64,000 bases of DNA from Vicinamibacteria bacterium (GTDB lineage: Bacteria > Acidobacteriota > Vicinamibacteria > Marinacidobacterales > Marinacidobacteraceae). The notes under the pieces were generated by a model. It worked only from the letters and a program-made list of their open reading frames with translations, did no database searches and was not told where the DNA came from. Both the position numbers and the translations under genes were made by a program. Where the stretch lies: the NCBI GenBank assembly GCA_963668695.2, contig CAXXLQ010000004.1:576001-640000 (forward strand), in the 5' to 3' direction. Below are positions 20,548-30,252 of this stretch, in pieces. How positions within the stretch are numbered: position 1 is the stretch's first letter; each line of letters starts with the position of its first letter.

Positions 20548-22602
20548 ATGCGCCTGATTGCGACCACGATCGTTTCCTGTTTGCTGCTGGCAACGGGAAT
20601 CGCGGAAGCGGAGCTGGTTCGCCTGCGGGTGGAACGCCGCGAAACCGTAGCGAACGGCATGTCGTTCGGGCTGGCCGGGCCCTACGAAAAGCTCGTCGGC
20701 ATGGCTGACTTCGCCCTCGATCCTGACGGGCCGCGGAATGGAATCATCGTGGACCTGTCCCTCGCGCCGAGGAACGCCGATGGCCATGTCGAGTTCAGCG
20801 CGGAGTTCTTCCTGCTGAAACCGGTGGATCCGACTCGCGGCAACGGGCGGCTCTTCTACGAAGCGGGAAACCGGGGCTCGAAACGGATCCTGGTGACGTT
20901 CCAGAAGGCGGCGCGGGCGTCCGATCCGATGACTGCGGAAGAGTTCGGCGACGGGGCGCTGATGCGTGACGGTTTCTCGCTGCTCTGGTTGGGTTGGCAG
21001 TGGGACACGCCCGAGGGACGGATGCGGATGACCATGCCGATCGCGACCGAGGGCGGCAATCCGATTGCCGGGCCGACTACCGGGCCGACTACCGGGCCGA
21101 TTACCGGATTAGTGCGCGGCAACTTCATCGTTGCCGCCCGGGACCAGCCCGGGCTGCTCGCCGATCGCGGTCATGCGGCCTATTCGGTCGTCGGCCCCGG
21201 GAACGATGAGCACGCCATGACGGTGCGGGACCTTCCGGCCGATCCGCCGGAGACGGTGCCTCGGGGCGCGTGGCGATTCACCGAGCCCGGCGTCGTGGAG
21301 CTCGACGGCGGATTCGAGCCGGGCCGCATCTACGACGTGGTCTATCTCAGCCGGGATCCAAAGGTGGTCGGCGTCGGGCTCGCAGGCACGCGCGACATCG
21401 TCAGTTTCTTCAAGTACGACACCAGCGAAGCGAACCCGCTACCCGGCATCCGCTACGCGATCGGCTGGGGCGTGTCGCAGACCGGACGCTTCCTGCGGCA
21501 CTTCCTGTATGAGGGCTTCAATGAGGACGAGCAGGGTCGCCAGGTCTTTGACGGGGTCTTCGATCAGGTGGGCGGCGCCGGACGGGGCTCCTTCAATCAT
21601 CGGTTCGGGCAGGCGTCACGCGACGCCGAGCAGCACCTGAATTTCCTGTTTCCGGTGGACATGTTTCCGTTCACCGATGCGACGACGACGGACCCGGTAA
21701 CCGGCGAAACCGACGGTCTGCTGGAACGGACGGAGGCCACCGGGACGACACCGAAGCTGTTTCACGTGTTGACCAACTCGGAGTACTTCAACCGGGCCGG
21801 ATCGCTCGTTCACACCGACGTGACCGGCTCCCGGGATATCGAACCACCCGCGACCAGCCGCATCTACTTCATCTCGTCGGCGCCGCACGTCCTCGGTCGC
21901 TTTCCGCCGCAGCCCAACCCGAACGAATCGTTTCGCGGGCAGGCGCCGATGAATACCCTGGCCTACGCGCCCGTGATACGCGCCCTGTTCCGGGCGCTCG
22001 ACGCCTGGGTCGCCACCGGAGACGAGCCGCCTCCGAGCCTCTATCCGCGCATCGGCAACGGCACGCTCGCGCCGCCGGCGGACGCCGGCTGGCCGAACGT
22101 CCCCGGGTTCAGCCTTCCGCAGCATCCGCTGACGGCGCTGCGTCTCGATTTCGGACCCGACTGGGACCGGGGCATCGTGACCCGTGAACCACCCGGAATC
22201 GGCGCCCCCTTCATCCAGCTCGTGCCGGCCGTGGACGCCGACGGGAACGATCGCGCCGGGATCCGGATGCCCGAGCTGGCGGTGCCGCTCGCGACCCACA
22301 CCGGATGGAACTACCGGCACGCGAGCATCGGCGCTCCGGATCGTCTGTCCGGGGAGATTGGCTCCTACTTCGCCTTTCCGCGAACCCGTGCGGAAGGTGA
22401 GGAGTCCGGCGATCCGCGGCGATCCATCGAGGAGCGGTACCGCGACCGGAACGACTATCTGGGAAGAGTGACCCAGGCCGCGCTCAAACTGGTGAGCCGG
22501 GGCTATCTGCTGACCGCCGACCTCCCGAACATCCTCATTCGGGCCAGCAGGCACTATGACTGGGCAACATCGGAACCCGAACGGAGCGGCGACCGCCGCT
22601 AG
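20548..22602 (+). CDS. Secreted alpha/beta hydrolase domain protein
   Basis: Signal peptide; NRG, GWQWD, GVSQTGRFLR, DADGND..GIR. Confidence 0.75.
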   Translation: MRLIATTIVSCLLLATGIAEAELVRLRVERRETVANGMSFGLAGPYEKLVGMADFALDPDGPRNGIIVDLSLAPRNADGHVEFSAEFFLLKPVDPTRGNGRLFYEAGNRGSKRILVTFQKAARASDPMTAEEFGDGALMRDGFSLLWLGWQWDTPEGRMRMTMPIATEGGNPIAGPTTGPTTGPITGLVRGNFIVAARDQPGLLADRGHAAYSVVGPGNDEHAMTVRDLPADPPETVPRGAWRFTEPGVVELDGGFEPGRIYDVVYLSRDPKVVGVGLAGTRDIVSFFKYDTSEANPLPGIRYAIGWGVSQTGRFLRHFLYEGFNEDEQGRQVFDGVFDQVGGAGRGSFNHRFGQASRDAEQHLNFLFPVDMFPFTDATTTDPVTGETDGLLERTEATGTTPKLFHVLTNSEYFNRAGSLVHTDVTGSRDIEPPATSRIYFISSAPHVLGRFPPQPNPNESFRGQAPMNTLAYAPVIRALFRALDAWVATGDEPPPSLYPRIGNGTLAPPADAGWPNVPGFSLPQHPLTALRLDFGPDWDRGIVTREPPGIGAPFIQLVPAVDADGNDRAGIRMPELAVPLATHTGWNYRHASIGAPDRLSGEIGSYFAFPRTRAEGEESGDPRRSIEERYRDRNDYLGRVTQAALKLVSRGYLLTADLPNILIRASRHYDWATSEPERSGDRR

Positions 22603-22669
22603 CTGGCCAGAGAACCCCGGCCAGTGCTGCCGGTGGGGGCCTTCACACCAGCCACGGCGGCGCGAAGGC

Positions 22670-22845
22670 TGGGAACGCTGGTTCACACCGGCATCGCGCG
22701 GGAGCGCGAAACTGGCGCCGATGACTCTGCGCCCTGTCTGCGCCCTGTTAGCGCCCGGTTAGCGTGAGTGCCGCACCACCTTTTTCATTGCGGGCGGGGT
22801 ATGCCAGCGGACCCGATCATGAGGGTTTCGCCCGCTGGAGGCCGG
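22670..22845 (-). repeat. Repeat family 2 (REP-capped, ~150-175 bp), copy 1
   Basis: Shares GAAACCCTCATGATCGG and TTTCGCGCTCCCGCGCGATG with 29104-29254 and 55261-55416. Confidence 0.75.
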
Positions 22846-22969
22846 CACCGGCCGCCTCGTCCAGCGGCTCGCGGGCGGCGGAGCCCCAAGCGTGGACCCG
22901 GCCCTCTACGCGCCGCGGTAGTCCCGCAACCGGAGGCGGCGCCGCCGCACGGGATAACTTCCGGTGCCT

Positions 22970-23383
22970 TCAGGGCAGAACCCGAACTCCAGCGTCCCGA
23001 GCGGCCGCCCCGAGTTCGCGGTCGAGCGTGGCGAGAGGGATTCGTCGGCGCATCGCGAGTTCGAGATACGCCGCGTCGTGCACACAAAGCCGCTGGTCGC
23101 GTGCTACGCGCAGCGAATCCGTGAACGCGCGCGTCCCGGTCTCCGGGTCCGTCTCGATGGGCAGCGCCGCAAGCCGCTCAAGAAGATCAGGCCAGATCTC
23201 CTCCTTGATCCGTCCGCGTCGAGTTGCCACCAACAACACATTGGCGACCTCGATGGGCCAAAGCCCCGGAACAACAGCCGTGTTCTCGACCAGCGAGTCC
23301 CGGAGCGCCACGGTGCCGGCCACGGCTTCGTCCGGGAGGATCCACGCCATTGTCACGGAGCAATCGAGAACGAACGGCATCAA
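22970..23383 (-). CDS. vapC: PIN-domain toxin
   Basis: FVLDCSV, WPIEVAN, DAAYLELA, LATLD. Confidence 0.85.
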   Translation of the reverse strand: MMPFVLDCSVTMAWILPDEAVAGTVALRDSLVENTAVVPGLWPIEVANVLLVATRRGRIKEEIWPDLLERLAALPIETDPETGTRAFTDSLRVARDQRLCVHDAAYLELAMRRRIPLATLDRELGAAARDAGVRVLP

Positions 23384-23628
23384 GGTTTACGCTCCGAGCG
23401 CGCCTCTCGGATCAGTTCGTGGGCCGTCGGCGTACCCATCGTGTGCGCTGCCTGGAACTCAGCCAGCCAATCAATGGCCGCTTGGATCGCGTCGCGCGAA
23501 CGGGCGTGAACCGGACAGAGTTCCGCGACCGGCGTACCGTGTTTCGTAATGGTGAACCGCTCGCCCTGCCGAACGCGCTCCAAGAGCTTCGGCAAATGTG
23601 TCTTTGCTTCGTATGCGCCAATTTCCAT
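23380..23628 (-). CDS. Phd/YefM antitoxin
   Basis: IGAYEAKTHL..LLERV..GE..TITKHG.PVA; palindrome ACTAG-N7-CTAGT upstream. Confidence 0.9.
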   Translation of the reverse strand: MEIGAYEAKTHLPKLLERVRQGERFTITKHGTPVAELCPVHARSRDAIQAAIDWLAEFQAAHTMGTPTAHELIREARSERKP

Positions 23629-23787
23629 GATTCTGTAGGTACCTCGGACTAGCCGAACACTAGTCTGAACCTCAGCGCGTCAATACCGTATGACGGCGGG
23701 TGACGTGTCGTGCCCGCCGCCGAGATCGCGCGCCGCCCCCGCGAGCGCCATCAGTGCCCGGTGGTCCGCCGGAGGGCGCAGGCGGCG

Positions 23788-24342
23788 CTATGACGTGGTT
23801 CGCACGGTCCGCCCGAGCGCCAGTACGGTGATCCACCCGTACACCGCTCCGAACAGTGCCCCGAACAGCGGACTCTCCCCCTCGAACCCGAGGGTCGCGC
23901 CCACCGCCACGGTGACGCCTGCGCCCAGGACGAAACCGCCGGCGCTGGCGGCGGCCAACAGGCCGGCTCGCGGGGCGTACCGCCGAAGGACGAGCCAGTG
24001 CGCGAGGACGAAGGCGGTGAGCCCCACCGCGGCGGGCACCGCCGGCGGCTCGGGGTAACCGGCCAGGCCCAGGGCCTCGTCGGCGGCGAAGCCCGCGGCG
24101 GCAGCGGCCGCCCCGGCGGCGGCAAGGGCCGCGGGCCAGCGGGCCGCCCACGAGACCCGCTGGCGCAGCAGCAGCCACTGGGCGAGCGCGATCCCGCCGA
24201 GGACTCCGCCCCCCGCAACGGCCCCGACGACGGCTTCCCCGACCACGCTGCCCAATGCCTCGTGCGCCGCGCCCCCCACCAGGTAGGAAAGCGGCCGCGC
24301 CACTGCCCCGGCCACCGCCATCCCGGCCGCGCTGGCGACCAC
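23788..24342 (-). CDS. Gly/Ala-rich membrane protein (true start probably ATG 24482, through the tandem repeat)
   Basis: Multiple TM segments, repeated AQWLLLR/AHWLVLR. Confidence 0.7.
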   Translation of the reverse strand: MVASAAGMAVAGAVARPLSYLVGGAAHEALGSVVGEAVVGAVAGGGVLGGIALAQWLLLRQRVSWAARWPAALAAAGAAAAAAGFAADEALGLAGYPEPPAVPAAVGLTAFVLAHWLVLRRYAPRAGLLAAASAGGFVLGAGVTVAVGATLGFEGESPLFGALFGAVYGWITVLALGRTVRTTS

Positions 24343-24369
24343 CCAGCGAATCCGGAATCCGCGGTCCGT

Positions 24370-24479
24370 CAGTCCGTCCGGTTCCGGCAGTCCGTCCGGT
24401 TCCGGCAGTCCGTCCGGTTCCGGCAGTCCGGTTCCGGTTCCGGCAGTCCGTCCGGTTCCGGCAGTCCGGCCGGTTCCGG
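24370..24479. repeat. Six-unit tandem repeat CAGTCCGTCCGGTTCCGG (one 20-bp variant)
   Basis: Units start at 24370, 24388, 24406, 24424 (20 bp), 24444, 24462. Confidence 0.9.
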
Positions 24480-24507
24480 CATGCTCGTTGACGACCCGTT
24501 TGCGCCC

Positions 24508-25944
24508 TCAGCGGACCTTTTCGGAGTAGTTCACGCCGACGTAGATGCGGGCGACCGCCCCGTCTTCGTTCATCTCGAAGCGCACGAGTTCGCCGTGGGC
24601 GCCGAACCCGTCGCTCTCCAGGCGGAACACGTGGGATTCGTCGGTGGAACGCAGAGTCCCCTTCGAGCGGTCGGGATTTTCCGAAAGCGGCGAGAAGATC
24701 ACCAGTTCATCCTCGAGGCGCAAAACGCTCGTGTCCCCCCATCGGTTCCGGTAGGTTCCGAGGTAGATGTCCCAATCGGGGTCGTAGGTGACGGTCTCCT
24801 CTTCCTCCTTCGCGAGGGGCGCAGCGACCCACTCGAACGCCTTGTCCAGGAAGCGGCCGGGATTTCCGTCACCCGCGTTCGTGAACACCACGACGCCGAC
24901 CTTCTCCTCGGGGCTCAACTGGGTCTGGGTGCGGTAGCCGGGGTAGGAGCCACCGTGGCCGATGAGGTCGCGGTCCTCGGTATGGCGCACGGAAAAACCA
25001 AGCCCCCAGCCGCTGTCCCAGGAAGGCTGGACCCAGTGGACCCGCTGCATTTCGAGCAGCGTGTTGGTCGCCAGGACCTCATCGCTCCGGCGGTCACGCA
25101 CCCGCAGCTGCCACTGGAGGAACTTCAGCATGTCCGGGACGGAGGAGGAGACCCCGGTCGCGGGATCGAAGGCCCGGGCGTCCACGAAGGGCATGCTCTG
25201 CCGGCTGCCGTCCGCCAGCCGCCGGCCGTATCCCGTGGCCAGGCGGCCTTGGTGGTCGGCCGGAATGGGACCCACGCTCGTCGAGTCCATCCCGAGCGGC
25301 TCCAGGACTGCCTGGTTCACGAGTTCGGCGAACGGCGTTCCGGAGGCGGCCTCCGCCACCATCCCGGCGAGGGTGAAGCCCAGGTTCGAGTACTTCCATT
25401 TGGTCTCGGTGGGGTAGGTGGTTTCCTGATCGGAGATGGTGTCGCGCACCGCCTCCGCCTCGGGAAACTCGAAATCGGTCCACGCCGGGTGGATGGACTC
25501 CCGCGGCAGACCGGCGGTGTGGGTGAGGAGGTGCCGGAGGGTCACCGGACGGGCCTGGGGATGGCGGTTCTCGATATCGAACCACGGAAGGTGGGTCGCG
25601 ACCTCATCATCCAGGCGAAGCGCACCGGCGTCCCGGGCACGGAGCACGCTGATCGCGGTGAAGAGCTTCGAGTGCGAGGCGATGCGGAAGATGGAGTCCT
25701 CGGCCATCGGCGTCATCGGGTCCAGCGACGCGTGGCCGTAGGCCTTGAGCCAGACGATGTCCTGATCGTGGACGATTCCGATCACGAGTCCGACCCCCGT
25801 GTACTCAACGTGTGAGCGAATCCACTCGTCGAGCATGGTGAGTCCGGCCTGGACCTTCGGGTCGGGATGCTCCGCCGCGCGGGCGGGCGGGCCGAGCAGG
25901 AGTGCGGCGAGAACAGCGCCCGCCAGAGCGATTTGTCGGAACAT
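24508..25944 (-). CDS. Serine hydrolase, beta-lactamase class C/PBP-like, secreted
   Basis: SxxK (SHSK), LLTHTAG, YSN, HGG. Confidence 0.9.
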   Translation of the reverse strand: MFRQIALAGAVLAALLLGPPARAAEHPDPKVQAGLTMLDEWIRSHVEYTGVGLVIGIVHDQDIVWLKAYGHASLDPMTPMAEDSIFRIASHSKLFTAISVLRARDAGALRLDDEVATHLPWFDIENRHPQARPVTLRHLLTHTAGLPRESIHPAWTDFEFPEAEAVRDTISDQETTYPTETKWKYSNLGFTLAGMVAEAASGTPFAELVNQAVLEPLGMDSTSVGPIPADHQGRLATGYGRRLADGSRQSMPFVDARAFDPATGVSSSVPDMLKFLQWQLRVRDRRSDEVLATNTLLEMQRVHWVQPSWDSGWGLGFSVRHTEDRDLIGHGGSYPGYRTQTQLSPEEKVGVVVFTNAGDGNPGRFLDKAFEWVAAPLAKEEEETVTYDPDWDIYLGTYRNRWGDTSVLRLEDELVIFSPLSENPDRSKGTLRSTDESHVFRLESDGFGAHGELVRFEMNEDGAVARIYVGVNYSEKVR

Positions 25945-25962
25945 TCTCGTAGGGGCTGTCAG

Positions 25963-26152
25963 CAGCCTGCGGCGCGAAGCGCCGGGGAAGGGGTGTGGGG
26001 AGGGGTTCCCCTCCCCGCGAAAAAAGGTGGCGCGAATCGCGCAGCGATTCGCGACATCACCCGGGAGAAAAGTGTCCCGCGCTCGGAACCCCGGCCGGAT
26101 TCGGCACCCTTATGCGCCTGCGAACGGCGCGGGGTGCTTTTCCCACGGGCTG
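25963..26152 (+). mobile_element. Repeat/MITE family 3, copy 2
   Basis: Ends CAGCCTGCGG / CCACGGGCTG; abuts the amidohydrolase TAA stop. Confidence 0.75.
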
Positions 26153-27349
26153 TTATCTGCGGAAGACGACGGCGCCGTCCACCAGGACCACCGCGGTCTT
26201 GGCGTAGGTGCCGATGGGATGCGAATCCCAGATAACGACATCGGCATCAAGGCCAGGGGCGAGGCTCCCGATCCGGTCGTCCACCCCCAGGATCGCCGCC
26301 GCGTCGGACGTGACCGCGGTGAGCGCCGCTTCCCGGGGAAGCCCGTGCGCCCAGGCGACGATCGCTTCCATCGCGACCGAACGGCCTCGGGAGCCGAAGG
26401 TGGAGAGCGCGATCTTCACGCCGGCGGCATGGAGAATGCCCGCCGTCGCGGGCGTGTGGCCCTTGAGTTCCATCGGGCCTCCGTCTCCGATCCCGATGAC
26501 CGAAGGACCGACCACCACCGGAATCCCCGCCTCGGCAAGCCGGGCCGCCACCGTGGAGGCGCCGGCCGCCTGATCGAGGACCAGGCGCAGATCGAACTCC
26601 CCGGCTACCCGGAGCGCCGTCTCGATGTCGTCGGGCTTGTTGGCGAGCATCCGGAGCGGGATTTCTCTGGAGAGCAGCCGGCCCAGCGTCCGCCCGGCTT
26701 CTCCTTCAAAGGCGTCCTCTCCCGCCCGGATCAAGGTGTTCCGGAGGTCGAAGATCATGCCCTGCCGCGTGGTGCGCCCGCGCGGCGCCTCGCGGCCCGG
26801 CGGCGAGTCCCCTACCGCCGATTCGCCGAAAGAGGCCGCTACCGCCACCTCCTCGGCCAGGAGGGCGGTCTCCGCGGGCCCGGAGAGCTTCACGACCGCC
26901 CCCGTGCCGCCGATCAGGAGCCGCGGATCGGGCGCCAGATACACCGCCGTGACGCCGGATTGGAGCCACAGGGGAGCCAGGTTCTCAGCGAAGCGATCCG
27001 CGGCGCGCACCTCGGGTGCGATCGCTGCGTCGGGATCGCCGCCCAGGCTGACGAGCCCCCCGCCCTCTCCCGGAGAAGTGCCGAGAAGCGTCTGGGCGTC
27101 AATGAAACCGGGAGTGACGACCATCCCCTCGGCCGAGATCACGTCGGCGCCCTCGGGAAGCTCGATTCCCGGGCCGATGGCGGTGATCTTCCCGTCCTCG
27201 ATGAGGACTGTCGCGCCCGCCAGGACCTCGCCGGCTCCGGTGTGGACTTCGCCGCCGACGATCGCTATCGGCTGCGCGGCGGCGAGCACCGGCAGTCCCA
27301 GCGCGAGCGCCGCGGGAACCAGGCGGCGGAACGGACCTGGCATTACCAA
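26153..27349 (-). CDS. Amidohydrolase-family protein with degenerate metal site
   Basis: PGFIDAQT in place of HxH; GSLAPGLDADVVIW. Confidence 0.8.
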   Translation of the reverse strand: MVMPGPFRRLVPAALALGLPVLAAAQPIAIVGGEVHTGAGEVLAGATVLIEDGKITAIGPGIELPEGADVISAEGMVVTPGFIDAQTLLGTSPGEGGGLVSLGGDPDAAIAPEVRAADRFAENLAPLWLQSGVTAVYLAPDPRLLIGGTGAVVKLSGPAETALLAEEVAVAASFGESAVGDSPPGREAPRGRTTRQGMIFDLRNTLIRAGEDAFEGEAGRTLGRLLSREIPLRMLANKPDDIETALRVAGEFDLRLVLDQAAGASTVAARLAEAGIPVVVGPSVIGIGDGGPMELKGHTPATAGILHAAGVKIALSTFGSRGRSVAMEAIVAWAHGLPREAALTAVTSDAAAILGVDDRIGSLAPGLDADVVIWDSHPIGTYAKTAVVLVDGAVVFRR

Positions 27350-28608
27350 CCCTCCGGCACCACGTTGCCGAAGACGTTGTACCCCGTCTCGCGGTTGAAG
27401 ACCTCAACCCCATCCACGAAGACCCGCATCACCAGGCTCTCGTAGGCCAGCGGGTCCGCGCCGCCGAGGATGGCGATGTCGGCGTCCATGCCGACTTCCA
27501 GGCTGCCGATCCTGTCTTCCAGGTGAAAGATGCGGGCGCCGTTCAGCGTGAGGGCCTTGAGTGCCTCTTCCGGCGGCATGCCCTGTCGCACGAACATCGC
27601 GCCGGTGTGGCGCAGCCAGTAGGGGTGGCCGTCCGGAGGATCCTGATGGAAGGCGACCAGCCCGCCGAGTTCCACGAGCCGCACCGGACCGAGGAGATCC
27701 TCGCTCTCGCGGCTGTCACCCGGCAAGATGGGGCCGTAACTCACCGGCATCCCGAGTTCGTGGAGTTCCTCCGCGAGCGCCAGGGTCGCCCCGCCGTGAT
27801 GGATGTAGGCATCGAGGTCGAACCGGCGCTTGATTTCCATGGCGTGGCGCATTTGCTGCTCGCTGCTCGAATGGATGCCGAGGACCCACTCGCGGGTCAG
27901 TAGCCGGCCGAGCGCCTCCCGCGTGAGGTTCCGGGGCGGCCTGGCCTGCTCGGGATCCGCCTCGTGCGCGGCGATGGCGTCGAGGTACTCCTGGGCGGCC
28001 TCCAGTTCGCCGCTCAGCAGATCGAAGACCTCCTGCTCGTTCTCGGGGAAGTTCGGATACGGCGTCGTTGCCCGGATGGCGAACTTGATCCCGCCGGGGG
28101 CGAGGAACATGTCCTCCACCGTCCCGCCGCGCATCTTCACGAGCGCCGACTGGCCGCTGTTGGGGCTCCGGCTGCCGGTGGTGATGTTCTGGGTGGTGAT
28201 GCCCGAGGCGACCGCCAGGGCGAACGCGGGATCTCCGGAGTCCAGCCCGTCGATCGCCCGCACGTGGGCATTGATCGGACTCGACAGTTCGTTGTTGTTG
28301 GATCCCGTCGCCGGCAGGTTGAGCACCTTGAAGCCGGTGTGGGAATGCGTCTCGATGATCCCCGGGATGACGCTCATTCCGGTGGCGTCCACCACCTCTG
28401 CGCCCGCCGGAACCGACACCTCGGCCCCCACCGCTTCGATCTTCCCGTCCCGGATCAGCACCGTGCCTCCCGGGATCGGCTCGGAACTCACCGGGTACAC
28501 GAGCCCTCCGGTAATGGCGATGACCCCCTCCCCAGAAGATCCCGGCCCACAGGCGAACGCAGCAAGCGCCGCCCCCAACGCAATACCGAGGACCGATCTA
28601 CCCTTCAT
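27343..28608 (-). CDS. Amidohydrolase-family protein, probable lipoprotein
   Basis: AAFAC lipobox-like; PGIIETHSH; GSLEVGMDAD. Confidence 0.85.
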   Translation of the reverse strand: MKGRSVLGIALGAALAAFACGPGSSGEGVIAITGGLVYPVSSEPIPGGTVLIRDGKIEAVGAEVSVPAGAEVVDATGMSVIPGIIETHSHTGFKVLNLPATGSNNNELSSPINAHVRAIDGLDSGDPAFALAVASGITTQNITTGSRSPNSGQSALVKMRGGTVEDMFLAPGGIKFAIRATTPYPNFPENEQEVFDLLSGELEAAQEYLDAIAAHEADPEQARPPRNLTREALGRLLTREWVLGIHSSSEQQMRHAMEIKRRFDLDAYIHHGGATLALAEELHELGMPVSYGPILPGDSRESEDLLGPVRLVELGGLVAFHQDPPDGHPYWLRHTGAMFVRQGMPPEEALKALTLNGARIFHLEDRIGSLEVGMDADIAILGGADPLAYESLVMRVFVDGVEVFNRETGYNVFGNVVPEGW

Positions 28609-28758
28609 GGTTCCGATTCGCCACTCTATCAGGGACTGGGAACGCCGGCCCTCAGAGGGGCGTTGCCCCAGGGAGCTGGGCAAGAACCGCACCCTACCGA
28701 CCCGTGTGCAGAGCGCGCAACCGTGGGACCGCCACCCCATGGCAGTTGCGGATCAGTC

Positions 28759-28798
28759 GCTGGAATCGTTGCAAATGTGCTGCTGGAATCGTTGCAAA
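28759..28798. promoter_or_regulatory. Tandem operator-like direct repeat GCTGGAATCGTTGCAAA x2
   Basis: Exact 17-bp repeat upstream of the amidohydrolase operon; pseudo-palindromic around a central CG. Confidence 0.5.
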
Positions 28799-28884
28799 AC
28801 CGCTGTTGGCCCGAAAGTTCCTCCGCGAGGGACGACCGGCTGAGCGACAGCACGGTTTCGTTCGCCTCCGGCGGACAGTGCTAG

Positions 28885-29099
28885 CAGCCTGTGGTGAAAC
28901 CCAGGCGGCGTTCGGCCGGCGATCCATCCCGGCTGAACCGCGTCGCTTCGCGCCGCTCATCGTTGCGTTTCGGTCGAAATACACCCGGGCCAGTTCTCCC
29001 GGTGGGGGCTCCTCCCTCACGCGCCTTGTCAGCCGGACCCCCACCGGGAGAACTGGGCCTCGCCGGCCTCGGCGCTCACCCGGGTTCCACTACAGACTG
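28885..29099 (+). mobile_element. MITE family 1, copy F
   Basis: TIRs; flanks CTAG/CCAG. Confidence 0.9.
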
Positions 29100-29103
29100 C
29101 CAG

Positions 29104-29254
29104 GCCCCACCGGGAGAAACCCTCATGATCGGATCCTCCTGCACACCCTCGCCCGTCATGAAAAAGGCGCAGCCCTCACCCTGGCAAGGCGCAACGTCAT
29201 CAGCGCTGGTTTCGCGCTCCCGCGCGATGTGCCGGTGTGAACACCGGCGTTCCC
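29104..29254 (+). repeat. Repeat family 2, copy 2
   Basis: Begins CCCCACCGGGAGAAACCCTCATGATCGG; ends in a REP palindrome. Confidence 0.75.
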
Positions 29255-29324
29255 GTGCGGACGGCGCCATCTGGCTGGGTGGGAGGGCGCTCCCGGCCCG
29301 CAGTCCCTATAAAGTGGCGCCCGC

Positions 29325-30204
29325 ATGACAGGCGCGTGGGCCAACGTGGATGGCTGCATCAGTCCCGCCGACGAGGCGCGGGTGAGTCCGGTGGACCGGG
29401 GATTTCTCTACGGGGAGGCCGTCTACGAGAACCTGCGGACGTATGGGCACGTCCCGTTCCTCTTCGCGCGGCACCTGACACGGCTCCGGCACTCGGCGGA
29501 GTTCCTGAGGGTTCCGGTCGCGATCTCGGACGCCGGCATCACCGCCCGCCTCCAGGCGACCCAGCGGGCCGCGGGAATCCGGCGAACACTCGCTCCGGGT
29601 GATCCTGACGGCCGGCCCCCAGGGCGGCGAACCTTCGCTCATCATCCTGGTGCGTCCGCTTCCGCCGCTACCGGTGGATCCGGAACGGGACGGGGTCGGG
29701 GTCCTGCTGTCGGACTGGATACGCGCCGCTCCGGGAGGACTTCCAGCCGACGTGAAGACCCACAGCACCCTGCTGGGTGCCCGGCTTGCCGTGCGCGAGG
29801 CGGAAGGAGCCGGGGCCCACGAGGCGGTCATTCGCGGAGCCGCGGGAGATCTCACCGAGGGGGCGACATCGAATCTCTTCCTCGTGGAGGACGGGGTGGT
29901 CCGCACCCCCCCACTCGAGGACGGGTTGCTGCCGGGGATTACCCGCGCACTCGTCTTGGAGGTTCTGCAGGAACTGGGTGTCCCGTTCGAGGAGACACCG
30001 CTGGCGCCTGACCGGATCACCGGCGCCGGCGAAGCGTTCCTTACGAGCTCGTCCCGGGAGGTGCTGCCCGTGACCTGGGCGGTGACCCCCGGAGAGGCGC
30101 GCAGAAGCATCGGAACCGGGAAGCCCGGTCCTCTCACCCGGCGCGCGCTTGCCGGCTATCGGAGCGCGGTCAACCGGTTGCTGGGCGAGTCCCTTCCCGC
30201 CTGA
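29325..30204 (+). CDS. Aminotransferase class IV (IlvE/PabC-like), frameshift near 29580
   Basis: DRGFLYGEAVYE..HLTRL in one frame; KT, EGATSNLF, LLPGITR, EAFLTSS in the next. Confidence 0.85.
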
Positions 30205-30252
30205 ATTCAGCGGACGGGCAGGCTGTCAGCGGTGGTACATTCGCCGGTGGAC

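Noticed and set aside
21061-21108. Four 12-bp in-frame repeats (PIAG/PTTG)
   Set aside because: Ordinary slippage in a linker; the frame is preserved.
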